Virus record (IMG/VR): IMGVR_UViG_3300023174_000162
Location: 2,041-66,040 of that record
DNA length: 64,000 bases
DNA from: a virus
Taxonomy: Duplodnaviria; Caudoviricetes
Strand: one strand, 5' to 3'
Below, piece by piece: positions 22,917 through 31,662 of the stretch; the first letter of the stretch is position 1; each line of letters opens with the position of its first letter. Made by a program: the position numbers and the translations under genes. The notes beneath the pieces are model-generated. The model saw nothing but the letters and a program-made list of their open reading frames with translations. It was not told where the DNA came from and did not search any database.

Positions 22917-23089
22917 GCCATACTAATCTAAAGAATTATTATACTCTAATATTTTCTTTGGCTCAGCATCATAAATATTCAATTGATGACATTGAGAATT
23001 TATTTCCATTTGAAAGAGATATCTATGTAGAGATGTTGCTGGATTATTTAAAACAAGAAGAAGAAAGAAGAAAAGCGGCGTACAAATAA
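22898..23089 (+). CDS. gp51-like hub assembly ORF with no AUG start; probable -1 frameshift extension of gp26
   Basis: The -1 frame reads GLSHTNLKNYYTLIFSLAQHHKYSIDDIENLFPFERDIYVEMLLDYLKQEEERRKAAYK*; missing from the ORF track. Confidence 0.75.
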   Translation, partial: FFYIGLSHTNLKNYYTLIFSLAQHHKYSIDDIENLFPFERDIYVEMLLDYLKQEEERRKAAYK

Positions 23090-25099
23090 ATGTCTATTCT
23101 AGGAAAAATCAGATCAGTTATAGAAGGCTCTTCTTTTGGAAAAGTCGTAAGCACCCTTACAGATAAAAAAACTTATAGTAATGCATTTAAGACTACTCCA
23201 TTAGGCAACCTTATAGGTGGTGGTAAAGGTGAGTACTCTGGTGATGCTGAAAAATTAGGTGGAAGCAGCGCTGGCAGTTTAAACATAAACAAGGAAACAT
23301 TAAATTTTTTAAAGTCAATTGATGACAAATTAAAAACCCTTGTTGTTGATCTAGAAGATACAAAAGACGCTTTAGAAGAATCAAATCTAGAAGATATTAC
23401 ACCTAGTGAATTAGCAGGTGATGTAGCTGATGGTGATAGCAATAAAGTAATTGATAAACCAGTAAGTAATATGACTGGTGATAGTAATATATCTGCTAAA
23501 CCGGTAAGTGATGTGATTAGCGGTAGTAGCAATAAAATAGATGCTATAGCTATCGCACCTAGTAACTCAGTAGGTGGACTAGCAAGCAGTATAATGGGCA
23601 ATGATGATAAAGCCCAGAAAGATGATAAAGCTATTCCGCTTAGTGGTCCAGTAAGCGATGTGATGGGTAGTAATGATAAAGTCAAGAAAGATGATAGTAA
23701 ATCAGATGATGCCGAAAAAATAAGTGGAAGTTTTGCATCTAATGTAGTAGTAAGTAAAGAAACATTAGACTCTTTACAAGCAATAGATGGTAAATTAAAA
23801 ACTCTTATTAATTTTTTAGAAGATAAAAAAGACGCTGATAAACAACAAAAACAAAAAGCAGCAGCTGCAGCAGAAGAACAGAAAACAGAATCTAAAGTTA
23901 TAGACGCTGAACCTATGAAAACAGCAGGTGAAGGCGGAGGTGGTGGAGGTATGCTTAAGCAGTTCGGCAAACTTGCAGGAATGGTTGCAATTATTGTTGC
24001 TCAATTTGCATATCCTCTTTATAAAGCAGTAATGAATCTAAAAGATAAATTTATTGAAGGATTTACAACCGCAAAAGATTTCTTTGTAGAGAAGATCTTA
24101 CCGATATTTACTAAAGATATACCAGAATTCTTTACTGAGACTATTCCTAAATTCTTTACTGAAACATTACCTGAAAAATTTTTCGCTGGTATGAATTGGA
24201 TATCAGAAAAATTTTCATCAATAGCTGATTTATTCACAGGCACAGTTGCTGGCATTAAAAAGAAAATCGGTGAATTCATTGTTGGGTTATCTGAAACTAC
24301 TATATTTAAATTATTTCCTGAAACCCAAAAGAAAGTTAAAAGCTTTGGTGAAGACTTAATAAAGTCTGGAAATACTACCATTGATGAAATTTCGGCTAGA
24401 CAGAAACAAAGCGCAAGTGATGCTCAAGCTCAAACATCAGCTATGGTTGAGGCACAACCTAATGCAGCACCAGATAAAGCATCAGTACAATCTAAAGACT
24501 CTACTAAATCTAAGTTAACACCATTTGAAAAAGAGTTTGCAAAGCAACGTAATATTCAAGGACCTGGTGGAGTATTTTCATGGACAGATCCTGCTACTGG
24601 AAAAACTGGAAAATACACAACAGACTATGCAGAAGAAAATGCTGCATCTCCTGTTTCTAAAATAACTATTGAAAATAATGGACAATTAGGTAAAGAATAT
24701 GGATCTGCACCATCTAGTGATACTGTAGATACATCAAAACTTCCAACTCCTAGTAGTACTGATAATTCAACTTCAGGAAGTTCTTCTGCAGCAGCACCAG
24801 TAAATTCAACAACTACTTTAAATATTCCTAGCAGTGGAGGCAGTGGTGGAGGCAGTAGCGGTGGAAGTTCAGGCACTGCAGAACCATCTTCTCCAACTTC
24901 AGGTAATGCTGTATCTGCTGCATCAATGCAAGCCACTGCACCAACTCCTACTCCTAGCGCAGTTGCTCAACAAAATTCAAAAGGGATGAATATGTCTAAA
25001 GCTAAATCAGACGATGTCAATCCTGTTGCAAATGTTCCTGAAGTAGATGTGGACTTAGGATCAATTGCTAACCTTTGGTATCATAGAGCGGCGGTATAA
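23090..25099 (+). CDS. Tape-measure-like / baseplate hub protein
   Basis: Position after gp26/gp51, helical repeats, FFTETIPK repeats, hydrophobic segment, S/T/G-rich tail. Confidence 0.55.
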   Translation: MSILGKIRSVIEGSSFGKVVSTLTDKKTYSNAFKTTPLGNLIGGGKGEYSGDAEKLGGSSAGSLNINKETLNFLKSIDDKLKTLVVDLEDTKDALEESNLEDITPSELAGDVADGDSNKVIDKPVSNMTGDSNISAKPVSDVISGSSNKIDAIAIAPSNSVGGLASSIMGNDDKAQKDDKAIPLSGPVSDVMGSNDKVKKDDSKSDDAEKISGSFASNVVVSKETLDSLQAIDGKLKTLINFLEDKKDADKQQKQKAAAAAEEQKTESKVIDAEPMKTAGEGGGGGGMLKQFGKLAGMVAIIVAQFAYPLYKAVMNLKDKFIEGFTTAKDFFVEKILPIFTKDIPEFFTETIPKFFTETLPEKFFAGMNWISEKFSSIADLFTGTVAGIKKKIGEFIVGLSETTIFKLFPETQKKVKSFGEDLIKSGNTTIDEISARQKQSASDAQAQTSAMVEAQPNAAPDKASVQSKDSTKSKLTPFEKEFAKQRNIQGPGGVFSWTDPATGKTGKYTTDYAEENAASPVSKITIENNGQLGKEYGSAPSSDTVDTSKLPTPSSTDNSTSGSSSAAAPVNSTTTLNIPSSGGSGGGSSGGSSGTAEPSSPTSGNAVSAASMQATAPTPTPSAVAQQNSKGMNMSKAKSDDVNPVANVPEVDVDLGSIANLWYHRAAV

Positions 25100-26943
25100 T
25101 GGGCATACTATCTAAGCTTGGAGCTGTTGGTGATGTGCTACGAAATAAAATATCTGGTAGCGCTGAGGGTGAGACAGAAAAAAAAGATGCGTATAAAGAG
25201 CCTGATACTAAGAAAGAAAAAGACGCAGAGAAAGAACCTAATAAGAAAGAAAAAGACGCAGAGAAATTATCACCTAAAGATTCTGGCGATCCACTATATG
25301 ATATAGTAAAAAGTATTGAAGGATCTATTAATGACTTTGTAGAGTTAATAATTGGGGAAGGTCCTCAGGCAGAAGCTATTCCACCAACTGTTGACGGTAC
25401 TAAACAAGAAAAAAAACCTAAGCCTCCTAAGCCCCCTGAAGTTACAGAAATTCCTATTTTCAAAAAATTAAAAGCTTTAGCTGGAATACTAGTTGGGGTT
25501 GTTCTTCAATTTGCATATCCATTATATCTAAAAGCTAAAGAGATGTTCGAACAAACAAAGCTTTGGGTTGAAAAAGCACAGATACTTTTTGAAGAGAAAG
25601 TGTTAACATTCTTTACTGTAGATATTCCAAGGTATGTTGAAGACATCAAAGACTTCTTTGTAGTCAAAGTTCCAAGCTACTTTTCTCAGTTTACAGATAT
25701 GATTTCTGTTGGAATCCAGAACATTCTAGATATTCCAAAAGAAGTATTATATGCAATGGAGGGATTTTCTGTAAAATTTGGTCGAGATGTTATTGACACT
25801 ATATCTCCATGGCTGTCTAAAATTGGTATAGATCTAGATGATTACAGTAAAGAGCTTAAAAAACGTGAAGAAAAAATAAACCAAAAGAAAGAAACATTAG
25901 ACGCAACGCAAGCTAAACGTGAGAAAGAATATCAGGAAAGAAGTAAAGGACGTGACTCTGAAAGACTTGCATTAGATGCCGCCAAAGAAAATGAAAGGCA
26001 ACGTGAAGATAAATTAAGACAAGAAGAATTTGATAGAAGAAAAAAAGAAGTTGCTAATAAGCAGAAAATTCTAGATGAAAAACAGGCACCTACTGCTCCA
26101 GCTGCTCCTGTTCCTGCTCCAGCACCTGCTGCTCCTGTTTCAACTACAGATGCTAAACCAGTTACAATATCTGCAAGCACTGGTAAAGCAGCGATGATCA
26201 CAAAGTTAAATGAGAATAAAATAACAGATCCTACTGCAAGAGCTGCTATCATGGCTCAAGTAGGTCATGAATCAGGTGGTTTCACTACGCTTTCAGAAAA
26301 TCTTAGATATAGCGCAAAAGGTTTATTAAATACATTTAAGAAATATTTTAAGACTGAAGATGATGCACAGACATATGCTAGATTAGGTCCTGCTGCAATT
26401 GCTGATAAAGTATATGGAAATAGAATGGGAAATGCTCCTGAAGGTTCAGGAGATGGATTTAAATATCGTGGTAGAGGATTTATACAGTTAACAGGCAAAG
26501 ATAACTATACAAAATTTGGATATGGTGGTAACCCAGATGCTGTATCAAGCCCAGATGCTGCAGCTGAAACTGCTATTAAGTACATGCTTGGATATAAAGG
26601 TGATTGGTCAAATATTACCGCTGTGACTAAATTTGTTAATGGTGGCACAATTGGGTTAGAAGATAGAGAAAAACATTTTAAAGAATACTTACAAGATCCA
26701 AGTGTAACACAAGTTACAGCTGCTGCCGCAAGTCCAGCTCCTTCATCTGGTGGAACTGGTAATCAAGTTGCTGCTGCTACTAAAAATGCAGATATTAAAC
26801 CGCCAACACAACAGCAAACTGCTTCTATATCTACAAATAAACCACAGCAAGTTGCTTCAAATGGAAGTGGGGGAAGATCATCTCCCCCCAGCTCAGATGG
26901 TATTAATAAACAATACCATGATCACTTCGCTTTACCAGCTTAG
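25099..26943 (+). CDS. Tape-measure-like protein with GH19 (chitinase/lysozyme) domain
   Basis: Coiled coil followed by AQVGHESGGF..LSENL.YS, GDGFKYRGRGFIQLTGKDNY, NGGTIGLEDR. Confidence 0.75.
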   Translation: MGILSKLGAVGDVLRNKISGSAEGETEKKDAYKEPDTKKEKDAEKEPNKKEKDAEKLSPKDSGDPLYDIVKSIEGSINDFVELIIGEGPQAEAIPPTVDGTKQEKKPKPPKPPEVTEIPIFKKLKALAGILVGVVLQFAYPLYLKAKEMFEQTKLWVEKAQILFEEKVLTFFTVDIPRYVEDIKDFFVVKVPSYFSQFTDMISVGIQNILDIPKEVLYAMEGFSVKFGRDVIDTISPWLSKIGIDLDDYSKELKKREEKINQKKETLDATQAKREKEYQERSKGRDSERLALDAAKENERQREDKLRQEEFDRRKKEVANKQKILDEKQAPTAPAAPVPAPAPAAPVSTTDAKPVTISASTGKAAMITKLNENKITDPTARAAIMAQVGHESGGFTTLSENLRYSAKGLLNTFKKYFKTEDDAQTYARLGPAAIADKVYGNRMGNAPEGSGDGFKYRGRGFIQLTGKDNYTKFGYGGNPDAVSSPDAAAETAIKYMLGYKGDWSNITAVTKFVNGGTIGLEDREKHFKEYLQDPSVTQVTAAAASPAPSSGGTGNQVAAATKNADIKPPTQQQTASISTNKPQQVASNGSGGRSSPPSSDGINKQYHDHFALPA

Positions 26944-27839
26944 TTATCTTCTTCTGCAAGTTTCTTAAAGAAGTCTAGTGAGTCATCATCATCATCCAAA
27001 GATGGAGCCTTAGGTGCAGCTACAGTTTTGGCTTTTGGTGCAGGTGCTTCACGCTCTTCTTCAACTACACTATTTTTAGGTGCAGTACCAAGAGCAAGTA
27101 CCCGATAAAGTTTTGCTTTTAGTTCATCATAAGACTTGAACTTAGAAGGATGAATGAACTGCTGCAATGAATGCGCAGGACTCTTTGCATACGATTCCCA
27201 AACTGCTTCTAGTTGGTCATCATCTTCAAACAATGCTCCTGCTGTATCAAACGAAGAATTATCATAATTACGATAACCTTCAACATTACGAATCTTCACT
27301 TTAAAGTTAGCACCTTCCCATAGATCAAATGGGTTAATTGGCTTCTCATCTTCAAACTCAGGATTCATTGCAGCATTTAGTTTATCAAAGATCTTTTTGC
27401 CATACTTGAACATCATGACTTTACCTTCATTCTCTGGATGAAGAGTATCTTTGATAACGTATACGTTCGAGATGAAAGTCAAACGACGTTTCTGTTTACG
27501 AACGATTTCTTTATTGGATTCAACACCTGAATCCCACAACTGTTTGTTGTATTCTCCAACTGGATCGTTTTCACCGATAGTTGATAGAGACTTCTCGATG
27601 TACCAACCACCAGGACCTTGAAAACCGTGATCCCAAATACGAACGAATGGAACATCTTCGCCTTCAGGTGCAGGTAGAAAACGAATAACGCTAAAGCCGT
27701 TACCAGCTTTATCTACGTCAGGACGCCAGAAATTCTTGTCGTCATCATCGTTTGTGTAGGTCTTATTTAGTTTGGTAAGCTCTGAGTTGAGCTTTTCGAG
27801 AGAGGCTTTTGACTTGCGCTTGAGGTCAGCTAGTGACAT
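26940..27839 (-). CDS. gp32: Single-stranded DNA-binding protein gp32
   Basis: DKAGNGFSVIRFLPAP, HGFQGPGGWYIE, FDLWEGANFK, acidic tail DDDSLDFFKKLAEE. Confidence 0.97.
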   Translation of the reverse strand: MSLADLKRKSKASLEKLNSELTKLNKTYTNDDDDKNFWRPDVDKAGNGFSVIRFLPAPEGEDVPFVRIWDHGFQGPGGWYIEKSLSTIGENDPVGEYNKQLWDSGVESNKEIVRKQKRRLTFISNVYVIKDTLHPENEGKVMMFKYGKKIFDKLNAAMNPEFEDEKPINPFDLWEGANFKVKIRNVEGYRNYDNSSFDTAGALFEDDDQLEAVWESYAKSPAHSLQQFIHPSKFKSYDELKAKLYRVLALGTAPKNSVVEEEREAPAPKAKTVAAPKAPSLDDDDDSLDFFKKLAEEDN

Positions 27840-27907
27840 ATATGTAACTCCTTATAATTTGTATGCGTTGTATAATCGTCTTATTCACGTACTCATAATG
27901 TACATTT

Positions 27908-27915
27908 TATTTATA
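27908..27915 (-). promoter_or_regulatory. Late promoter TATAAATA upstream of gp32
   Basis: Exact match on the minus strand. Confidence 0.65.
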
Positions 27916-28416
27916 TTACTTACTTGAGGCGATCGACTGGTTTGCAAAGATAGAATTTGTGGTAATATGAGGATTCCGTCTTGCTTCGATCTTATCAGTT
28001 TCAGCATTATAAACTCTAGTCCTAAGACCTGAACTAGACATTTTGTGATCGCGTTTATTGAAATATAAAGCGATGTCACGTGATTTACAGATATCCCTAC
28101 CTGTAAAATTCGTATGTCGATATTCTTCACCAAGAATACGAACATTAATTGGATATGCACGAAGGACTTCTTCAAGGTCTGCTTCAGTAATATATGGAAT
28201 AATCTCATCTACATACTTACATGCAGATAATTGGATGAATCGTTCTGTCAATGTTTGAATAGGTTGATTCTTATTATCACGATCAATAGTTGGATCTACC
28301 TGTAATCCACAGATTAGATATTCACAATGCTCTTTTGCTTCACGCAACATAAGAATATGACCTGCATGTAGAAGATCAAACGTTGATGCTGTAAAACCTA
28401 TTTTATGCTTCTGCAT
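27916..28416 (-). CDS. Cytidylyltransferase-family nucleotidyltransferase (TagD/HldE-C-like)
   Basis: TFDLLHAGH (HxGH motif), KYVDEIIPY, SSSGLR. Confidence 0.9.
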   Translation of the reverse strand: MQKHKIGFTASTFDLLHAGHILMLREAKEHCEYLICGLQVDPTIDRDNKNQPIQTLTERFIQLSACKYVDEIIPYITEADLEEVLRAYPINVRILGEEYRHTNFTGRDICKSRDIALYFNKRDHKMSSSGLRTRVYNAETDKIEARRNPHITTNSIFANQSIASSK

Positions 28417-28990
28417 AGAACTTCTCCTTTAGAATCTTTCTCATCTTAAACTTATCGTACTTTAAGAACGGCCGATATTTGTTCATCTTCATATGTACTC
28501 CAGGCCAGATGATTGTATCAGCGATGTTCTTGTCAAAGTATTTAGCGAACTTCAAAATATCATCAATGATCACAAATGTGTCTAATGAGATGTTCTTTCG
28601 AAGATACTGTTTTAAGATATAAGGATGTTGTCCATCTTCTACTACAAAGTTCTTATTAAGATCTTCATGTAACGCATTCAACTCAGTTTTAAAAAGATAT
28701 GACAAAGACTCTTGTCGTTTCTTCCATTCTAAATAATTAGAATCACCATCATGATGTTCATCAAACAGTTGACCAATCCATACTTGAGGATTATCGATGA
28801 GATTCACCATTAAGAAGTTCTCTATATCATCTTTCTTAGCGAGCTTATGAAAATAATACTTATCTTTTCTTGTTTCAAAAGAAGTGACAGACGCATTAGT
28901 CTTTCCATTGTACTTGAAGTAGTCATATCCCTTTTGCGTGAAGTGTTGCTTCATCGCCAGGTATTTCATGTAAGCTTCAAATGGATTCAT
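28403..28990 (-). CDS. gp59: Helicase loader gp59
   Basis: YLAMKQHF...YDYFKYNGK, FETRKDKYYFHKLA; lies between gp33 and gp32. Confidence 0.9.
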   Translation of the reverse strand: MNPFEAYMKYLAMKQHFTQKGYDYFKYNGKTNASVTSFETRKDKYYFHKLAKKDDIENFLMVNLIDNPQVWIGQLFDEHHDGDSNYLEWKKRQESLSYLFKTELNALHEDLNKNFVVEDGQHPYILKQYLRKNISLDTFVIIDDILKFAKYFDKNIADTIIWPGVHMKMNKYRPFLKYDKFKMRKILKEKFYAEA

Positions 28991-29234
28991 TGAATGGAAG
29001 TTTTGCTTTCTTTGGAAGATAGTTTAGATTCTCGGCTTCTGCTTGAAGCTTTGATTTTAGTACCATACTAGATTTAACTATTGATGCTGCTGTTTCAATC
29101 TCAATACCGTTCTTTTGAGCTAGATGTACAATAGCATCTAGATACGGTTCTTTAGTTCGTAATACAAACTCTTCTACTTCTTTGATAAACTTCGAGGACG
29201 TGATTACATTTTCCAACTGTTCTTCATGATTCAT
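28977..29234 (-). CDS. gp33: Late transcription coactivator gp33
   Basis: YLDAIVH..KNGIEIETAA...LKSKLQAEAENLNYLPK. Confidence 0.9.
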   Translation of the reverse strand: MNHEEQLENVITSSKFIKEVEEFVLRTKEPYLDAIVHLAQKNGIEIETAASIVKSSMVLKSKLQAEAENLNYLPKKAKLPFNESI

Positions 29235-29266
29235 AGTATTCCTAAACAATAAATAACCATATGATT

Positions 29267-29296
29267 ATTATAATCTAACTTACAAAATAAGTACAC
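29267..29296 (-). promoter_or_regulatory. Early-type promoter (GTGTAC...TATAAT)
   Basis: Same -35/-10 motif recurs about 12 times in the window. Confidence 0.7.
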
Positions 29297-29317
29297 ACTT
29301 TTAAAAGAGGAATTATT

Positions 29318-29779
29318 ATGGACTTAGTATCTGCAATGAAAGCTGCTCTAGCTGACACATATTCATTTTACCTGAAAGCTCATTACTATCATTGGAACGT
29401 AGAAGGACCAGACTTTAAACAATACCATGAACTATTTCAAATGGTTTATGAAATTGCATATGGAAGTGTAGACCAATATGGTGAAGAGATTCGTGCTTTA
29501 GACGCATATGCACCAGGTTCTTTATCTCGTTTTGCTGAACTAACAAAGATTACAGATGATAATACAGTTCCTGTAGCTTTAGAGATGGTAAGACGTTTAG
29601 CAGCTTCTAATGATGTAGTATTATCATCCATTGAAACTGCATACGAGTTAGCAGAAGCAGCGCATCAACACGGTCTAAGTAACTTCTTAGCTGAACGCCA
29701 AGATGATCATAGGAAGCTGCGCTGGATGCTCAATGCTACACTAAAAACACAACCATTAGAATCAACATCACTAAAATAA
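29318..29779 (+). CDS. dps: Dps ferritin-like DNA protection protein
   Basis: HYYHWNVEGPDF.QYHELF, D..GEEIRAL, H.KL.WML. Confidence 0.95.
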   Translation: MDLVSAMKAALADTYSFYLKAHYYHWNVEGPDFKQYHELFQMVYEIAYGSVDQYGEEIRALDAYAPGSLSRFAELTKITDDNTVPVALEMVRRLAASNDVVLSSIETAYELAEAAHQHGLSNFLAERQDDHRKLRWMLNATLKTQPLESTSLK

Positions 29780-30004
29780 TTACTTATGATTCATGATGTA
29801 TGTAATGCATACATCATTCTTAGCTTCACCATAAGCACATTTAATGGCGATTGGATCAACACCTTTTCCAATCGCCATTTCCATATTCTTCGCAAATAGT
29901 TCATCTTGTTTAACATTACGGCTATATGTAGCAAGAGAAAAAAATACAACCATAATTACTATTGCAGAAATTACTGTAAATAGATTGAGATCTAACTGTT
30001 TCAT
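29780..30004 (-). CDS. Small membrane protein
   Basis: N-terminal TM helix, GVDPIAIKCAY. Confidence 0.7.
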   Translation of the reverse strand: MKQLDLNLFTVISAIVIMVVFFSLATYSRNVKQDELFAKNMEMAIGKGVDPIAIKCAYGEAKNDVCITYIMNHK

Positions 30005-30543
30005 ATTTTGTACTCCCTCTTCAATTCAGGATCTTTCGATCGTTTATAAAATACATGATTGCCAATCCTTGCTGTAACATTTAATTTCCAGCCAGGTCTT
30101 ATATAATTGGCATGATAATACATAGCACCTTTAGTGCTGTCCTCTATATTCTCATAGTTCATCATGGCGTAAATAGCAATATTTCTTATCTCATTATATA
30201 GAGGAGTTCCTACTATTTTTTTTCTTCTTATCAAGAAACTTTGATCGCAGTACCAAGAAAATTGGCATACGCCTGCAGTTTTCTGTTGCACTACTTCACA
30301 GATGGTATCTGGAAAAGATGGCGATGAAACACGATTTAATGTTACCATCGCAACAGCAAGTTTACCTTCATCTGGTTCATAACCAGCTTCAAATAAAATA
30401 TTCTCTGTCAAACAGTTAACTTGCTTTTTAGCTTCATTAGAAAGCTGATAGTACTCTACAACCATTGGTGTTGTTGTATCAGCGGCTGTAAAATTAAATA
30501 ATAATATTGATAGAATGCTTGTTAATATTAACAATTTACGCAT
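30001..30543 (-). CDS. SleB-like cell wall hydrolase (Hydrolase_2)
   Basis: CLTENILFEA, VTLNRV, CQFSWYC, YYHANY, IGNHVFY. Confidence 0.9.
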   Translation of the reverse strand: MRKLLILTSILSILLFNFTAADTTTPMVVEYYQLSNEAKKQVNCLTENILFEAGYEPDEGKLAVAMVTLNRVSSPSFPDTICEVVQQKTAGVCQFSWYCDQSFLIRRKKIVGTPLYNEIRNIAIYAMMNYENIEDSTKGAMYYHANYIRPGWKLNVTARIGNHVFYKRSKDPELKREYKI

Positions 30544-30591
30544 AGTATCTCCTTAATTAGTTAGGAGAGGGCATACCCTCTCGTTCCCGGA

Positions 30592-30864
30592 TCAGGTAGA
30601 CTTTTTGCTAGTAGTCTTTTCTGGAGTAATGTTCGAAACAAAACCATTCAAGATTTGAGCCTTGTTAATGATATCTGTTTCTGTAGGATAGGCTGGGAAA
30701 CCTGGATGGTCTGGAGGTGTTTGTCCAGCGTGACGAGCATTTTCAACTTTGACTGACCAGTCGCTTGAAATTTGCTCACGTCGGCCAAAGTGATCTTCAG
30801 CTAACATATCTTTGGCCATTTTTAAAAGTTCGAGGCGAATCTCGAAAGGTGACATATTACTCAT
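30592..30864 (-). CDS. Conserved phage hypothetical protein
   Basis: PFEIRLELLKMAKDML; strong RBS and late promoter at 30927-30934. Confidence 0.8.
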   Translation of the reverse strand: MSNMSPFEIRLELLKMAKDMLAEDHFGRREQISSDWSVKVENARHAGQTPPDHPGFPAYPTETDIINKAQILNGFVSNITPEKTTSKKST

Positions 30865-30926
30865 GTGTTTCTCCTGTGTTATGTGTATGTGATGGTAGTT
30901 TTAATCGGATCTACCAACCGATATTT

Positions 30927-30934
30927 TATTTATA
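30927..30934 (-). promoter_or_regulatory. Late promoter TATAAATA
   Basis: Exact match on the minus strand. Confidence 0.65.
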
Positions 30935-30936
30935 TA

Positions 30937-31008
30937 TTAGCGATTCGCAATATACATCGTGATCTCGAACCCAAAGCGTAGATCAGTTGCTGACGGTTTT
31001 GTCCACAT
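30937..31008 (-). CDS. pqqA: Pyrroloquinoline quinone precursor peptide PqqA
   Basis: 23-aa MWTKPSATDLRFGFEITMYIANR with ExxxY motif; RBS AGGAGA; missing from the ORF track. Confidence 0.95.
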   Translation of the reverse strand: MWTKPSATDLRFGFEITMYIANR

Positions 31009-31094
31009 AATTTTCTCCTAGTTATTAATAAAGCTACTACATATAGATCAGTAGTTGAAGATGCTATAGCAAAAGTTCAACATGAGACCATTAA

Positions 31095-31400
31095 TTCGGA
31101 CCGACTGATTGGGTGATAAGGACAGTCGGTGAAAACCTCATCTAGAGCTTAAGCTGCTAGAGCGTAATCGCTATCGTTTGCGTTTACTTGTTTTGCTTGA
31201 TTTACGGTCATCGCCTACCGTGTTGCCTTCTCTACTATCTCACCCTGTCGAAACCTGGTCATCCCCATCAGAAGTACACAATCCCCGCTAGAGCCCTCAG
31301 AGGTTTCTTTCATCTAGGACAACTATGCACTTCTGGTGGAGATGGAGGGAATCGAACCCTCGTCCAGAATGCCTTCGCTTTGAAGGAATTACAACAATTC
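31095..31400 (-). ncRNA. ssrA: Circularly permuted (two-piece) tmRNA; outer boundaries approximate
   Basis: Acceptor piece ends GGTTCGATTCCCTCCATCTCCACCA (31334); 67-nt intervening segment; coding piece starts GGGGATGACCAGGTTTCGAC (31266); tag ANDSDYALAA* at 31181-31149. Confidence 0.92.
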
Positions 31401-31408
31401 TTTTTATC

Positions 31409-31510
31409 TTACTTATAAGTTGAACAGTAAAATAATACAATACAAACACCGACCATTAATGCTCCAATCAAACCTACAAAATATCCAGCAAAAAAACATG
31501 AAGCAGACAT
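31409..31510 (-). CDS. Small hydrophobic peptide (33 aa)
   Basis: MSASCFFAGYFVGLIGALMVGVCIVLFYCSTYK*, coupled to the upstream stop. Confidence 0.45.
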   Translation of the reverse strand: MSASCFFAGYFVGLIGALMVGVCIVLFYCSTYK

Positions 31511-31647
31511 TATCTAATATAATTACCTGTTGTTACAACGTAAATGAAAAATGCCCAACCAAAGCGTAAGGCAATATCAAACCAACGTTCGAAATGATCG
31601 AGTTTGGTTTTCTTTTTAGGTGTAAGATCGTCTTTAAAGTCTAACAT
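31510..31647 (-). CDS. Small membrane peptide (45 aa)
   Basis: MLDFKDDLTPKKKTKLDHFERWFDIALRFGWAFFIYVVTTGNYIR*. Confidence 0.5.
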   Translation of the reverse strand: MLDFKDDLTPKKKTKLDHFERWFDIALRFGWAFFIYVVTTGNYIR

Positions 31648-31662
31648 AGTTTATTATATATC

